From: an uncultured Spirochaetota bacterium
GTDB taxonomy: Bacteria; Spirochaetota; Brevinematia; Brevinematales; JAOACQ01
DNA length: 64,000 bases
Direction: 5' to 3'
NCBI GenBank assembly: GCA_963768055.1
Contig: CAVYGN010000001.1
Span: forward strand, 1,312,001 to 1,376,000
Made by a program: the position numbers and the translations under genes. Below, piece by piece: positions 40,103-49,280 of this stretch (positions within the stretch are counted from its first letter, which is position 1; every line of letters starts with the position of its first letter). Under the pieces are notes generated by a model. The model did not search any database, had not been told where the DNA came from, and saw only the letters and a list, made by a program, of their open reading frames with translations.

Positions 40103-41311
40103 ATGAATAACGTTAAACGGCTTATATTGCTTATTTCAATAATGGCCGGAGTATCTGTTACGGTTACAGTTTTAACCGTATTCATTCTTTATAACGCATC
40201 TTTGAACGAAGATAAAAAAAGCTTGTGGGAACTTGCCGTCAGCCAGGCTTATCTGATAGAATCCATGTTGTTTTTTCTTATTGTTCCGGGAGCTTTTCTC
40301 TTCATGAAAATCACGAACCCTATGATAAGAAAAATTAATGATACAAATATAATGCTTGAAGATGAGATTGAAAAGCGAAAAGGCACACAGGAAGAGCTTG
40401 ATAAAACCCTTTCCGAATTAAGGCGTTCGAATAAGGACCTTGAACAGTTCGCCTACATCGCTTCGCATGACCTCCAGGAACCGATGAGAATGGTCTCAAG
40501 CTATACGAAACTGCTATCGGACAGGTACAGGGGAAAACTCGATAACGACACAAAGCAATTTATGGATTTTGCAATAGACGGCGCAAACAGGATGCAGGAA
40601 CTCATGAGCGGCCTCCTGACATATTCAAGGGTTGAAACAAGGAATCGCGTTCTTGTCAAAATCGACTGCAATAATATCATGGATCAGGTAAAAAAGAACC
40701 TCGCCATTATGATAGAAGAATCGAACGCTGAAATCTCCTCCGGGGACCTTCCGGAAATCTACTATGACGGCGTACAGCTTTTGCAGCTTTTGCAGAACCT
40801 TATATGCAACGCGATAAAATACCATAGCAGCGAACCTCCGAAAGTATATGTATCGGCAATTGAAGGAAATAATGAATGGACATTCTCAGTGAGGGACAAC
40901 GGGATAGGAATAGACCCCCGGCATTTCGAAAAAATATTCATAATTTTCCAGAGGCTTCACAGGCAGGATGAATACCAGGGAACAGGGATCGGCCTTTCAA
41001 TATGCAAAAAGATTGCTGAACGCTTCGGCGGGCGCATCTGGGTTGAATCTGAGCCCGGTAAAGGTTCGATATTCTATTTTACTATTCCAAAAGTAAACGC
41101 TGCTGAAATCATTCCTCCGCCTCCGGATGTTTTAAAAATGCTATATGATATGTCGAAAAGATGCGATATCACGGGCATCAGAAAATATATAGAAAAGAAT
41201 GAATCCGCCAACCCTGAATTTCTGCCCTTTTTCTCAATTCTGAAACCTCTTGCAAAAAATATCGATTTTAAACAAATTCAGGAATTGATCTCAAGATATT
41301 TTCAACGATGA
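40103..41311 (+). CDS. Sensor histidine kinase (2 TM, HisKA, HATPase, extra C-terminal helical domain)
   Basis: FAYIASHDLQEPMR, QNLICNAIKY, DNGIGI, FQRLH, GTGIGL. Confidence 0.9.
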   Translation: MNNVKRLILLISIMAGVSVTVTVLTVFILYNASLNEDKKSLWELAVSQAYLIESMLFFLIVPGAFLFMKITNPMIRKINDTNIMLEDEIEKRKGTQEELDKTLSELRRSNKDLEQFAYIASHDLQEPMRMVSSYTKLLSDRYRGKLDNDTKQFMDFAIDGANRMQELMSGLLTYSRVETRNRVLVKIDCNNIMDQVKKNLAIMIEESNAEISSGDLPEIYYDGVQLLQLLQNLICNAIKYHSSEPPKVYVSAIEGNNEWTFSVRDNGIGIDPRHFEKIFIIFQRLHRQDEYQGTGIGLSICKKIAERFGGRIWVESEPGKGSIFYFTIPKVNAAEIIPPPPDVLKMLYDMSKRCDITGIRKYIEKNESANPEFLPFFSILKPLAKNIDFKQIQELISRYFQR

Positions 41312-41312
41312 A

Positions 41313-41345
41313 GCCGCCCATAAAATCCATTTTCACTATGGCGGC
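41313..41345. terminator. Hairpin between convergent genes
   Basis: GCCGCCCATA...TATGGCGGC imperfect inverted repeat. Confidence 0.45.
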
Positions 41346-41364
41346 GGTTATTTCTCCGCTCACA

Positions 41365-42360
41365 TCAGTGTATAAGATTTTTAATTAAAACATAGAAAAC
41401 GGCGGATAATCCGGCTGAACATGGCATCGTTAATATCCAGGCCCATCCGATTTTCCCGGCAACCTGCCACCTCACAGCCGTAAAACGGTGAAGGGTGCCG
41501 ATACCCATTATCGACCCCGTAATTGTCTGCGTGGTGCTGACCGGGATCCCGAGAAGCGTCGAGGTAAAAAGGGATATAGCGGCGCCCACTTCTGCGCAAA
41601 AGCCGTCGACGGGGCGGAGCTTCACGACTTTCTGCCCCATTGTTTTAACGATCCTCCATCCTCCGAATAATGTGCCCAGGCTTATGGAAAGGTTGCAGAC
41701 AATGACTATCCACAATGGAATGTAGAATTTTCCGCCCAGCATGCCGGCGCTGAAAAGAAGCCCGGCAATTATTCCCATTGTTTTTTGCGCGTCATTGCCT
41801 CCATGCCCGATACTGTAAAGTGCCGCTGAAAACAGCTGTCCTCTGCGGAAAAAATTATCGACCTTCAGAGGATTCGTTTTTCTGAAAATCCAATAAACCA
41901 CTATACCTATTACTATTCCCATTACCATACCGAAAACAGGAGAGATGAATATGAATATTACTGTTTTTATTATTCCCCCCCATATAAGCGGGTGAAACGA
42001 ACCTGTTTTTATAACCGCCGAGCCGATCAAACTTCCAATCAGCGCATGAGAAGAACTTGACGGTATCCCCATATACCATGTTATGAGGTTCCAGATGATC
42101 GCTCCAAGAAGAGTGGCGAAGACAAGATTAGAGTCGACGATCGAAATGTCGATAATACCCTTGCCTATAGTGCCTGCTACGCTTACCCCGAAAAAAAGAA
42201 AAGCTATAAAATTAAAAACAGCCGCCCAGATGACGGCATACTTCGGGGATAAGACCCTTGTCGAAACAATTGTGGCTACCGAATTGGCGGAATCATGAAA
42301 CCCGTTAATGAAATCAAAGACAAGGGCCAGGCACACAAGAAACAAAACATAGAATTCCAT
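41365..42360 (-). CDS. Inorganic phosphate transporter, PiT family
   Basis: NGFHDSANSVAT, PSSSSHALIG, HGGNDAQK, GIPVSTT. Confidence 0.95.
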   Translation of the reverse strand: MEFYVLFLVCLALVFDFINGFHDSANSVATIVSTRVLSPKYAVIWAAVFNFIAFLFFGVSVAGTIGKGIIDISIVDSNLVFATLLGAIIWNLITWYMGIPSSSSHALIGSLIGSAVIKTGSFHPLIWGGIIKTVIFIFISPVFGMVMGIVIGIVVYWIFRKTNPLKVDNFFRRGQLFSAALYSIGHGGNDAQKTMGIIAGLLFSAGMLGGKFYIPLWIVIVCNLSISLGTLFGGWRIVKTMGQKVVKLRPVDGFCAEVGAAISLFTSTLLGIPVSTTQTITGSIMGIGTLHRFTAVRWQVAGKIGWAWILTMPCSAGLSAVFYVLIKNLIH

Positions 42361-42362
42361 TA

Positions 42363-42989
42363 CTATCCCTGCTTAACAAGTATAGTCTCGATAACATTCG
42401 CCACGTCTTCGCATATGTCGAGGACAGTTTCCATTCCTTCGAATATCTCTTTCGATTTAATAAAAAATATCGGTTCCGGATTGCTATCCAGCAGTTTGCC
42501 GACAAGAGCGTCTTTCAACTGGTCTCCAAGATTTTCAAGCTTGTTGACCTCGATGCAGCTATCCATAATCGGCCTCACATTTTTCGGCTTTCTCAGGCAG
42601 TTCAACCCCTTTTCTATTGCCGTTATCGCCTGTTCGATATATTCGGCAAAAAGCATGAGGCTCGGGTCGATTTCATTAATCTTGTAAAGATTTATCCTTT
42701 TTGATATGGAATATATCATATCGACAATATTATCAAGTTCCTGAGCAAGCTGGTGTATGTCTTCCCTGTCAAAAGGCGTTATAAAGGTACGGTTAAGAAG
42801 CTCTATGATATCATGGGTATTCACATCGCATTCGTGCTCAAAATCATGCATTTTGAGCACGCTGACGTCGTTAAAATTACTGTTCCCGATCTGCTCTTTG
42901 AAATAAATCGATGCGTTGTAAATTGCTTTTGCCTGCTTATCGAAAAGGTCGAAAAACTTTTCTTCCTTAGGAAAGAACCCGAAAGCCAT
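42363..42989 (-). CDS. DUF47 (PhoU-like) Pit accessory protein
   Basis: FPKEEKFFDLF, EHECD, TFITPFDREDI, DICEDVAN; directly upstream of pit. Confidence 0.92.
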   Translation of the reverse strand: MAFGFFPKEEKFFDLFDKQAKAIYNASIYFKEQIGNSNFNDVSVLKMHDFEHECDVNTHDIIELLNRTFITPFDREDIHQLAQELDNIVDMIYSISKRINLYKINEIDPSLMLFAEYIEQAITAIEKGLNCLRKPKNVRPIMDSCIEVNKLENLGDQLKDALVGKLLDSNPEPIFFIKSKEIFEGMETVLDICEDVANVIETILVKQG

Positions 42990-43243
42990 AATATTCCCTC
43001 ACAGGATAAATTTCATTAAGACCTAATATATTAAAAAGGCCCCGCTAAATCTTCAACAATCCGATCGAAAGACTTTGATGAAGTTTCATTTTTTCACCCT
43101 CCGGGTGAACCTTAGTTATTTAACGGATTCAGGTATTGCTTTATTCTACATAATTTTACACATGTTGACATTTATAAAAAAATAAAATAATATATATTGA
43201 TTTCCGGGTATTGAGGGTTTTATCCTTTATAAGGAGAAATAGT

Positions 43244-44692
43244 ATGGTCGGAAAAATTACTCTGGGTGTTTTACTTGGCGCTTTAGTCTTATGTTATGCC
43301 GGTTGTGCCGGGAGCGGGGCAGGCAAACCTGAAAATTCAAAGAAGAACCTGAACCTTGCTTTGAATAAAAAAGCCGTAGCCTCCTCCTTCGAATCGGCGA
43401 ACCAGTACAGCGACAACAAAGACCTTGTCGCCGCTAATGCCGTGGATGGAGACCCTACAACCCGCTGGGGTTCGGATTGGAGACGTGATCATGATCCGAA
43501 CGTCGCCTGGATATACGTCGACCTCGGCGCCAGCATGCCCTTCCGGGAAGTTAAAATCAAATGGGAACCTTCAAAAGCCCTTGATTATAATATTGAAACT
43601 TCGGACGACGCCAAAGCCTGGACTGTCGTTAAAGCAGTGACCGGCAATGTTTCCGCGGATAACGATATAATCCTGGATAAGCCAGTTACAGCCCGTTATG
43701 TTAAGATAAATTGCATAAAGCGTTCAACGCAGTACGGGTATTCGATATATGAAATCGGGATTTACCTTGAAAAAAATAGCGGGGAAGCTTTCGGACAGGT
43801 TCAAATTTCTCAAAGTCAAGTAAAATATAAGAACGGGAAATTTTTAGGCAATGTCCTCGATATGGGTTCTACACCGCTTAAATTCGGCGCTTACTGGAAC
43901 CAGGTAACCCCGGAAAATAAGGGGAAATGGGGCGAGGTCGAAGCCAGCCCGAATAATTACCTCTGGGACTATGTTGACAACGCTTATAATTATGCAAAAT
44001 CGAGCGGCATTCTTTTCAAGATGCATAATCTTATCTGGGGGCAGCAGCAGCCTGCATGGATCTATTCACTTTCAGCCACCAATCAAACTCTTGCGATAAT
44101 AGCCTGGATCTCGAATGTCGGCGCGAGATATTCCAATATGGATTTCATCGATGTCGTTAACGAACCCATCAATACGCCTCCCGCATATGACAGTGCTATG
44201 GGCGGAAGCGGTTCGACAGGCTGGGACTGGGTCGTCTTTGCTTACAGGCAGGCAAGGAAGTATTGCAAGGGAAAACTGCTTATCAATGAGTACAACGTTG
44301 AAAACAACATCTCCGCATGCGCCAGATATACAAACATAATAACGATCCTTAAATCAAGTAATTTGATTGATGGAATAGGAATTGAGTGCCATAACTTCAG
44401 CCTCGGCGGCGATTTAACAAGCACATTATCCAATTGTCTGGGCATGATGGCGGCTACCGGCCTGCCTATCTATGTTTCGGAGATGGACCTGAGCGGCGCT
44501 ACAGACGATTTCCAGCTGTCGCTATACAAGACATATTTCCCAATTTTGTGGAATTACAAGGACATAAAGGGCATTACCCTGTGGGGATATGTTCAGGGCA
44601 AGATGTGGGAAAAAGACGAGTGGCTTATGTCTCCCGAAGGATCGGAACGCCCCGCTCTTACCTGGATTACGAATTACGCAATGACCGAATAG
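43244..44692 (+). CDS. Lipoprotein: CBM32 (F5/8 discoidin) + GH10 endo-1,4-beta-xylanase
   Basis: Lipobox YAGC; NLALNKK...AVDGDPTTRW...WIYVDLG; TPENKGKW, HNLIWG, DVVNEP, IYVSEMD; AAGGAG RBS before ATG 43244. Confidence 0.9.
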   Translation: MVGKITLGVLLGALVLCYAGCAGSGAGKPENSKKNLNLALNKKAVASSFESANQYSDNKDLVAANAVDGDPTTRWGSDWRRDHDPNVAWIYVDLGASMPFREVKIKWEPSKALDYNIETSDDAKAWTVVKAVTGNVSADNDIILDKPVTARYVKINCIKRSTQYGYSIYEIGIYLEKNSGEAFGQVQISQSQVKYKNGKFLGNVLDMGSTPLKFGAYWNQVTPENKGKWGEVEASPNNYLWDYVDNAYNYAKSSGILFKMHNLIWGQQQPAWIYSLSATNQTLAIIAWISNVGARYSNMDFIDVVNEPINTPPAYDSAMGGSGSTGWDWVVFAYRQARKYCKGKLLINEYNVENNISACARYTNIITILKSSNLIDGIGIECHNFSLGGDLTSTLSNCLGMMAATGLPIYVSEMDLSGATDDFQLSLYKTYFPILWNYKDIKGITLWGYVQGKMWEKDEWLMSPEGSERPALTWITNYAMTE

Positions 44693-44702
44693 TATCTTTT
44701 AA

Positions 44703-44730
44703 AAGTATTTGGGGCTAGCTGGAGTCGAAC
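44703..44730. repeat. att-like direct repeat of the tRNA-Arg 3' end
   Basis: AAGTATTTGGGGCTAGCTGGAGTCGAAC identical (28/28) to 57790-57817. Confidence 0.92.
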
Positions 44731-44756
44731 AAATTTACGCCAGGAAACCTGTTAGG

Positions 44757-45668
44757 CTATCCCTTTAGCGCCCCTTCAATTACTTTCGTTATGATCAGTC
44801 TGGATGTCAGAATAAAGACTATCAAAAGCGGCAGTACGGCAATTACCGTCGCCACCATCGAGTCTCCCTCGAATGTGTTCATGGTCTTCAGTGTCGTCAG
44901 CGCGACTGGCATGGTATAAGTTTTTCCAGAGGAAAATATAACAAGCGGCGCCAGGTAACTGTTCCAGCTTCCCAGGAAGGTGATGATCCCGAATGAACCG
45001 ATCACCGGGGCGATCAGCGGGAATACTATCTGCCAGTATATCGAAAACTCGTTTCCGCCGTCGACCCTGGCGGCGTCGACCAGGTCGATCGGTATGGACG
45101 CCTGGATGAACTGCCGCATCATGAATATCCCGAACGCGTTAGCTATGCCGGGTACATATATCGCTTTCGCGGTGTTTATCCACCCGAACGCCCTCATCAT
45201 TAAGTAGTAAGGGACAAGGCCTAAAAGGGGTGGTATCATAAGTGAAAAAAGCATAAAACCGAACATCGCATTCTTGCCCTTGAAATTATACATTGCAAAC
45301 CCGTATCCCCCGAGGGAGCAGAAAAATATCGAAAGGAGCGTGACCATGGAAGCTATATACACGCTGTTCCACATGTTTCTCCAGTAAGGGGTTTTAGAAA
45401 GAAGAATATGGTAATTGGCCAGGAATTGATCAACAAAGTTATGGCCTATTGTCATAGGGGGCGGATATACGAATATTTTGTCCCTCGAAAGCCCCGATAC
45501 GACAATCATATACCAGAAGGGGAAGAAGGTAATTAACGCCCAGATGATAAGCGGAAGGTACAATATGAAATATTTAAGGATTACCGTGACAGGATTCGGT
45601 TTAACCTTCAGGCTGAATCCCTTATCCTTCGCTAAAACCCTTGCCTCTATAGTATTTTTATCAGCCAT
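44757..45668 (-). CDS. Carbohydrate ABC transporter permease (MalG-like)
   Basis: EAA loop DLVDAARVDGG, FLGSWNSYL. Confidence 0.93.
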   Translation of the reverse strand: MADKNTIEARVLAKDKGFSLKVKPNPVTVILKYFILYLPLIIWALITFFPFWYMIVVSGLSRDKIFVYPPPMTIGHNFVDQFLANYHILLSKTPYWRNMWNSVYIASMVTLLSIFFCSLGGYGFAMYNFKGKNAMFGFMLFSLMIPPLLGLVPYYLMMRAFGWINTAKAIYVPGIANAFGIFMMRQFIQASIPIDLVDAARVDGGNEFSIYWQIVFPLIAPVIGSFGIITFLGSWNSYLAPLVIFSSGKTYTMPVALTTLKTMNTFEGDSMVATVIAVLPLLIVFILTSRLIITKVIEGALKG

Positions 45669-45686
45669 AATTAATTAACTCCTTTG

Positions 45687-46718
45687 TTATTTTTCAGTTA
45701 AAAATCTATTGTTGATCACCGAAAGGATTGCCATCAATGCGAACATGATGTATGACAGGGCTGCGCCTGAGCCGAAGCTCCTGTACATGAAGGCCTGTTG
45801 GTAAAGATATACTGCCATAGTGACTCCCTGGTTATAAAAAACAGCGGTCGCTTGAGGATTGGCGCCTCCAAGCAGGGCCATAGGCACGTCGAAAAGCTGA
45901 ACCTGGCCGATTATGGTAAGCGTTGTTGCAAAAAAGATTATAGGCCTTAAAAGAGGAAGAGTGATCCTGAAAAATACCTGCCACCAGCTTGCTCCGTCAA
46001 TCCTGGCTGCTTCGTAAAGATTATCCGGTATCGCCTGAAGGCCTGCAAGGTAGATGATGGAATTCCATCCGGTCCATTGCCAGATGGAAACCAGGGAGAC
46101 GCTTAACCAGGTGAAGGATTTCAGCCAGAATACCGGGTGCTCGATGGGAAAGAGATTATGGGGACCGACAATCTTGATATCGTCAAGAAACTGTAAGAAC
46201 CCGTTCAATATTCCTGTCCTTTCGCTGTAGAATACGCTGAAGATAACACTTACCGCGATAGCCGATGTTATGTAAGGCATGAAAAGGACGCCCCTGAAGA
46301 AATCCTTGAATTTAACAAATCCCTGGTTCAAAATAAAAGCGAAGAACAGGGCGATTGCATGCTGGGGAAGCGCTGTAAAAATGGCTATGCCGAAGGTGTT
46401 GACGAAGGATGTCCAGAAAAGGCTGTCTTTCGGAGCCATGTAGATCAGGTGAAAATTCTTGGCCTGGTCGTACCAGAATACATGAAATTCGTCGAAGCCG
46501 ACCAGGTTTATATAATTTGTCAATCCTACAAAGGTCATAGGCTGGTTGCCGACGCCGTTCCACCGGGATATGCTTAATATAAATGAATATATAACCGGAA
46601 ATGTCGAGAAGATCAGGAATGATATAAAAAAAGGAGCAATAAAGACGTAAGGTGTCGCTTTTCTGGAGAATGCGCTCCAGCCGCCGCTTCTAAGAACAGC
46701 CTGGTTTTTCTGTGCCAT
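45687..46718 (-). CDS. Carbohydrate ABC transporter permease (MalF-like)
   Basis: WQWTG, LAGLQAIPDNLYEAARIDGA, ITLPLLRP. Confidence 0.93.
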   Translation of the reverse strand: MAQKNQAVLRSGGWSAFSRKATPYVFIAPFFISFLIFSTFPVIYSFILSISRWNGVGNQPMTFVGLTNYINLVGFDEFHVFWYDQAKNFHLIYMAPKDSLFWTSFVNTFGIAIFTALPQHAIALFFAFILNQGFVKFKDFFRGVLFMPYITSAIAVSVIFSVFYSERTGILNGFLQFLDDIKIVGPHNLFPIEHPVFWLKSFTWLSVSLVSIWQWTGWNSIIYLAGLQAIPDNLYEAARIDGASWWQVFFRITLPLLRPIIFFATTLTIIGQVQLFDVPMALLGGANPQATAVFYNQGVTMAVYLYQQAFMYRSFGSGAALSYIMFALMAILSVINNRFLTEK

Positions 46719-46746
46719 TTTAATGTCCTCCGAGTAAATATTAAAG

Positions 46747-46777
46747 GAGGTTTGCGGGTTTTAAGCCCGCAAACCTC
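46747..46777 (-). promoter_or_regulatory. Intergenic stem-loop after the binding-protein gene (mRNA stabiliser or partial terminator)
   Basis: GAGGTTTGCGGG...CCCGCAAACCTC perfect 12-bp stem. Confidence 0.7.
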
Positions 46778-46801
46778 AGGTGAATATTATTCAAACCAAA
46801 A

Positions 46802-48106
46802 TTACTGGCTCATCTTTGTAGTGAGATCTTTCTGCGCTGTTGCAAGAGCGGTATTAAGATCTTTCTTGCCGTCAAGGTAATCATACACAGCCGAAGCTAT
46901 TACACCGGCAGCTATGCTGTCCTTGGGATTGACGTATACTTCGGGAATGGCCTTTGCAACTTCGATCCAGATCAATTTGGCTTTCTGTCCGCCCAGGAAG
47001 CTTACGCCGGTTGACATCGAAGGGTCGGTCCATGAAGGTTTATAAGAAGGAAAATCATGAGCCTTGTCGAAAGCTGCGAGCTGCGATTTTACCTGGGTTG
47101 CAGCAAATTTGATAAATTCCCAGGCTGCGGATTTGTTGACGTCGGGTATCTGCGAGGGTATTGTAAGGAAGGTTCCGCCGTCGGACATCATCATGGGTTT
47201 CTCGCCTTTTGCCAAAGCAGGCAGCAGTCCTATCCTGTAATTGCCCTTCTGGTCAGGGGCCCACTGCTCTTCAAGATAAGACGTAGTCCATGCTCCTCCG
47301 GGTATGAAAGCGGCTGTCCCTGAAGCCCACATTGCGAACCATTCGTTGGACCAGTCGTTTAGTTTCGCGTCAAGGCCGGCGTCTCTGAATTTTTTGGCCC
47401 ACATAAATGCGTTCCTGATCCTGGGAGTGTCAAGGGCCGGCTGGCCGGATTTATCGAAATATCTCTGTTTATCGGAGAAGAAGATCATTTTGAATATTAG
47501 ATATGCATGAGAAACGAGCCAGTGATCGACTTTACCGTCTTTTTGAGAATCAAATGTAAGTTTTTTACCCGCGTTTAAAAGATCATCCATTGTCTTGATG
47601 CTTTTTTCATAATTGATCTTTTTCAGGTCCCATGTCGGTTTATAAAGAAACGCTGTTGCAGGCCCGATATCGACCGGGAAGGCGAACAGTTCCGTAGGGC
47701 TGGTGGAACCCTGCGCCCAGCTGTAACCAGGTTCATCCTTTTTAAATTCGCCGGCATTATAGGGGGCTTTTAGAAGGTTATCAAAACCTCCGCCCGCGCC
47801 CAGTTCCGATACATAAACGTAATCGATAGCTGCGACGTCCGGGGCTCCCTGGCCTGCAGCTATTACAGTAATAAGGTTGTTATGATGGTCATTATACCCA
47901 AGTTTCTTGATCTCGACGGAGATATTGGGGTATTTAGCCTGGAAATCCGGTAAAAATGCCGAAAAAGCGACATCGAGCTGGGGGAAAACGGCTACTACTA
48001 TGCTGACTTTCTCGTTGTTATACGGTTTTGGCGCCGTATAAGAAACACTAATGGAAGAAAGTATAGCAGCCAGAGTAAACACTGCTAAAAGACTGAATTT
48101 TATCAT
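46802..48106 (-). CDS. Sugar ABC transporter substrate-binding protein
   Basis: Signal peptide, FQAKYPNI, GAPDVA, GGTFLTIP, AAWEFIKF; GGAGAGG RBS before ATG 48106. Confidence 0.92.
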   Translation of the reverse strand: MIKFSLLAVFTLAAILSSISVSYTAPKPYNNEKVSIVVAVFPQLDVAFSAFLPDFQAKYPNISVEIKKLGYNDHHNNLITVIAAGQGAPDVAAIDYVYVSELGAGGGFDNLLKAPYNAGEFKKDEPGYSWAQGSTSPTELFAFPVDIGPATAFLYKPTWDLKKINYEKSIKTMDDLLNAGKKLTFDSQKDGKVDHWLVSHAYLIFKMIFFSDKQRYFDKSGQPALDTPRIRNAFMWAKKFRDAGLDAKLNDWSNEWFAMWASGTAAFIPGGAWTTSYLEEQWAPDQKGNYRIGLLPALAKGEKPMMMSDGGTFLTIPSQIPDVNKSAAWEFIKFAATQVKSQLAAFDKAHDFPSYKPSWTDPSMSTGVSFLGGQKAKLIWIEVAKAIPEVYVNPKDSIAAGVIASAVYDYLDGKKDLNTALATAQKDLTTKMSQ

Positions 48107-48323
48107 ATTACCTCTCCTCATATAAATTTTCAAACTTTATTCAAACACTGCATTATGCGGTAAAAACCGGTTTAAGTTTAAACCCTATTATAATGATCCT
48201 CCTGTCATATTATCCAAATTTTCCTTTTTAGCCCGTCGGCCATTGCCAATCTATTCTGTTCGATCTCAAAGCCAAAAATACTGAATAAACAGTTCTCTAA
48301 CTTGACCAATTATCTTTATTACT

Positions 48324-48974
48324 TTACTGCGCTTTCAATACGACGACATTGTCTATGGTAACCGATTTTGTGGAAAGACCAACGTTGAAATCCAACCGGG
48401 CTTTGTCATCCGTATAAGTGGGCATGGTAAATGTAAAGGAATAGGTTTTCATTTCTTTTGTCAGATTGAAAATCTGATCGCCTGAATACGCCATCCAGGG
48501 GGGGCCCACAAGGCCGATCCTGCAAACAATAGTCCTGGGCTCTTCAGCGCTGGCGTCAAAACTAACCGTGTATGTTTTCCCTTTTTCTATCAGTAGCGGC
48601 AGCTGTGATAACTGAACTCCATAAGTCTGATTTCCGGGCGAAAATATCTTGACCTTGCAGCCTTCATTAACAATGTCGGCTTCACCATTGCCGTTCGCAC
48701 CGACAAGTACATGCCAATAGCCGATGTTCGAGAGATCCTCGATCAGACTCATTGAAACCCTGTCGTAGTTGGGAAATTTCTTGATTTCACTCAAATCAAA
48801 AGTCCCGTTTTTAATGAGATTACCCTTAATCTCACTACTCGCAACCACTTTTTTCGCAGGTTTATCCGACTTTACAGCACCGTCTTTCATGGTTGATCCG
48901 GTACACGCGGCGTATAAACTGATCGCCAGGATAACTGATACCATCAAACCTAAGTTCTTGAATGTCTTCATCAT
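48324..48974 (-). CDS. CBM4/9 carbohydrate-binding lipoprotein
   Basis: Lipobox YAAC; NLIKNGTF, VQLSQ, GKTYTVSFDASA, ARLDFNVG, IDNV. Confidence 0.85.
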   Translation of the reverse strand: MMKTFKNLGLMVSVILAISLYAACTGSTMKDGAVKSDKPAKKVVASSEIKGNLIKNGTFDLSEIKKFPNYDRVSMSLIEDLSNIGYWHVLVGANGNGEADIVNEGCKVKIFSPGNQTYGVQLSQLPLLIEKGKTYTVSFDASAEEPRTIVCRIGLVGPPWMAYSGDQIFNLTKEMKTYSFTFTMPTYTDDKARLDFNVGLSTKSVTIDNVVVLKAQ

Positions 48975-49225
48975 ATCCTCCTAAATATAAATTTGTATTT
49001 CAATAATATAGCTTTATTCGGAATTTTTCCCCCTACTCCGACAAAGATCTTGAGTCATCTTATCTTACCGAGGATAATAACAAATAACTCTTGCAATACC
49101 GCAAACACATCAAAATCCATTGTAAGCCGTGATTTCGACTTTCACCCATAGGTGCCCCTACATATTCTTTTACTTATAATGAATTATACCATCTGGGAAA
49201 TACGGGATAAATGTTGTACAATCAA

Positions 49226-49244
49226 GCCCGGCATAACGCCGGGC
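49226..49244 (-). terminator. Probable terminator hairpin
   Basis: GCCCGGC-ATAAC-GCCGGGC downstream of the GH12 gene. Confidence 0.5.
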
Positions 49245-49280
49245 ATTATTTCAATTTTTATAGGAGGCTGTTATTTACGA

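Noticed and set aside
43108..43138. Fourth copy of the island operator (AACCTTAGTTAT)
   Set aside because: Partial match lacking AGAC and in the opposite orientation relative to the GH10 gene.
44703..44730. Second tRNA gene
   Set aside because: Only part of the T-arm and the acceptor 3' strand are present; treated as an att duplication.
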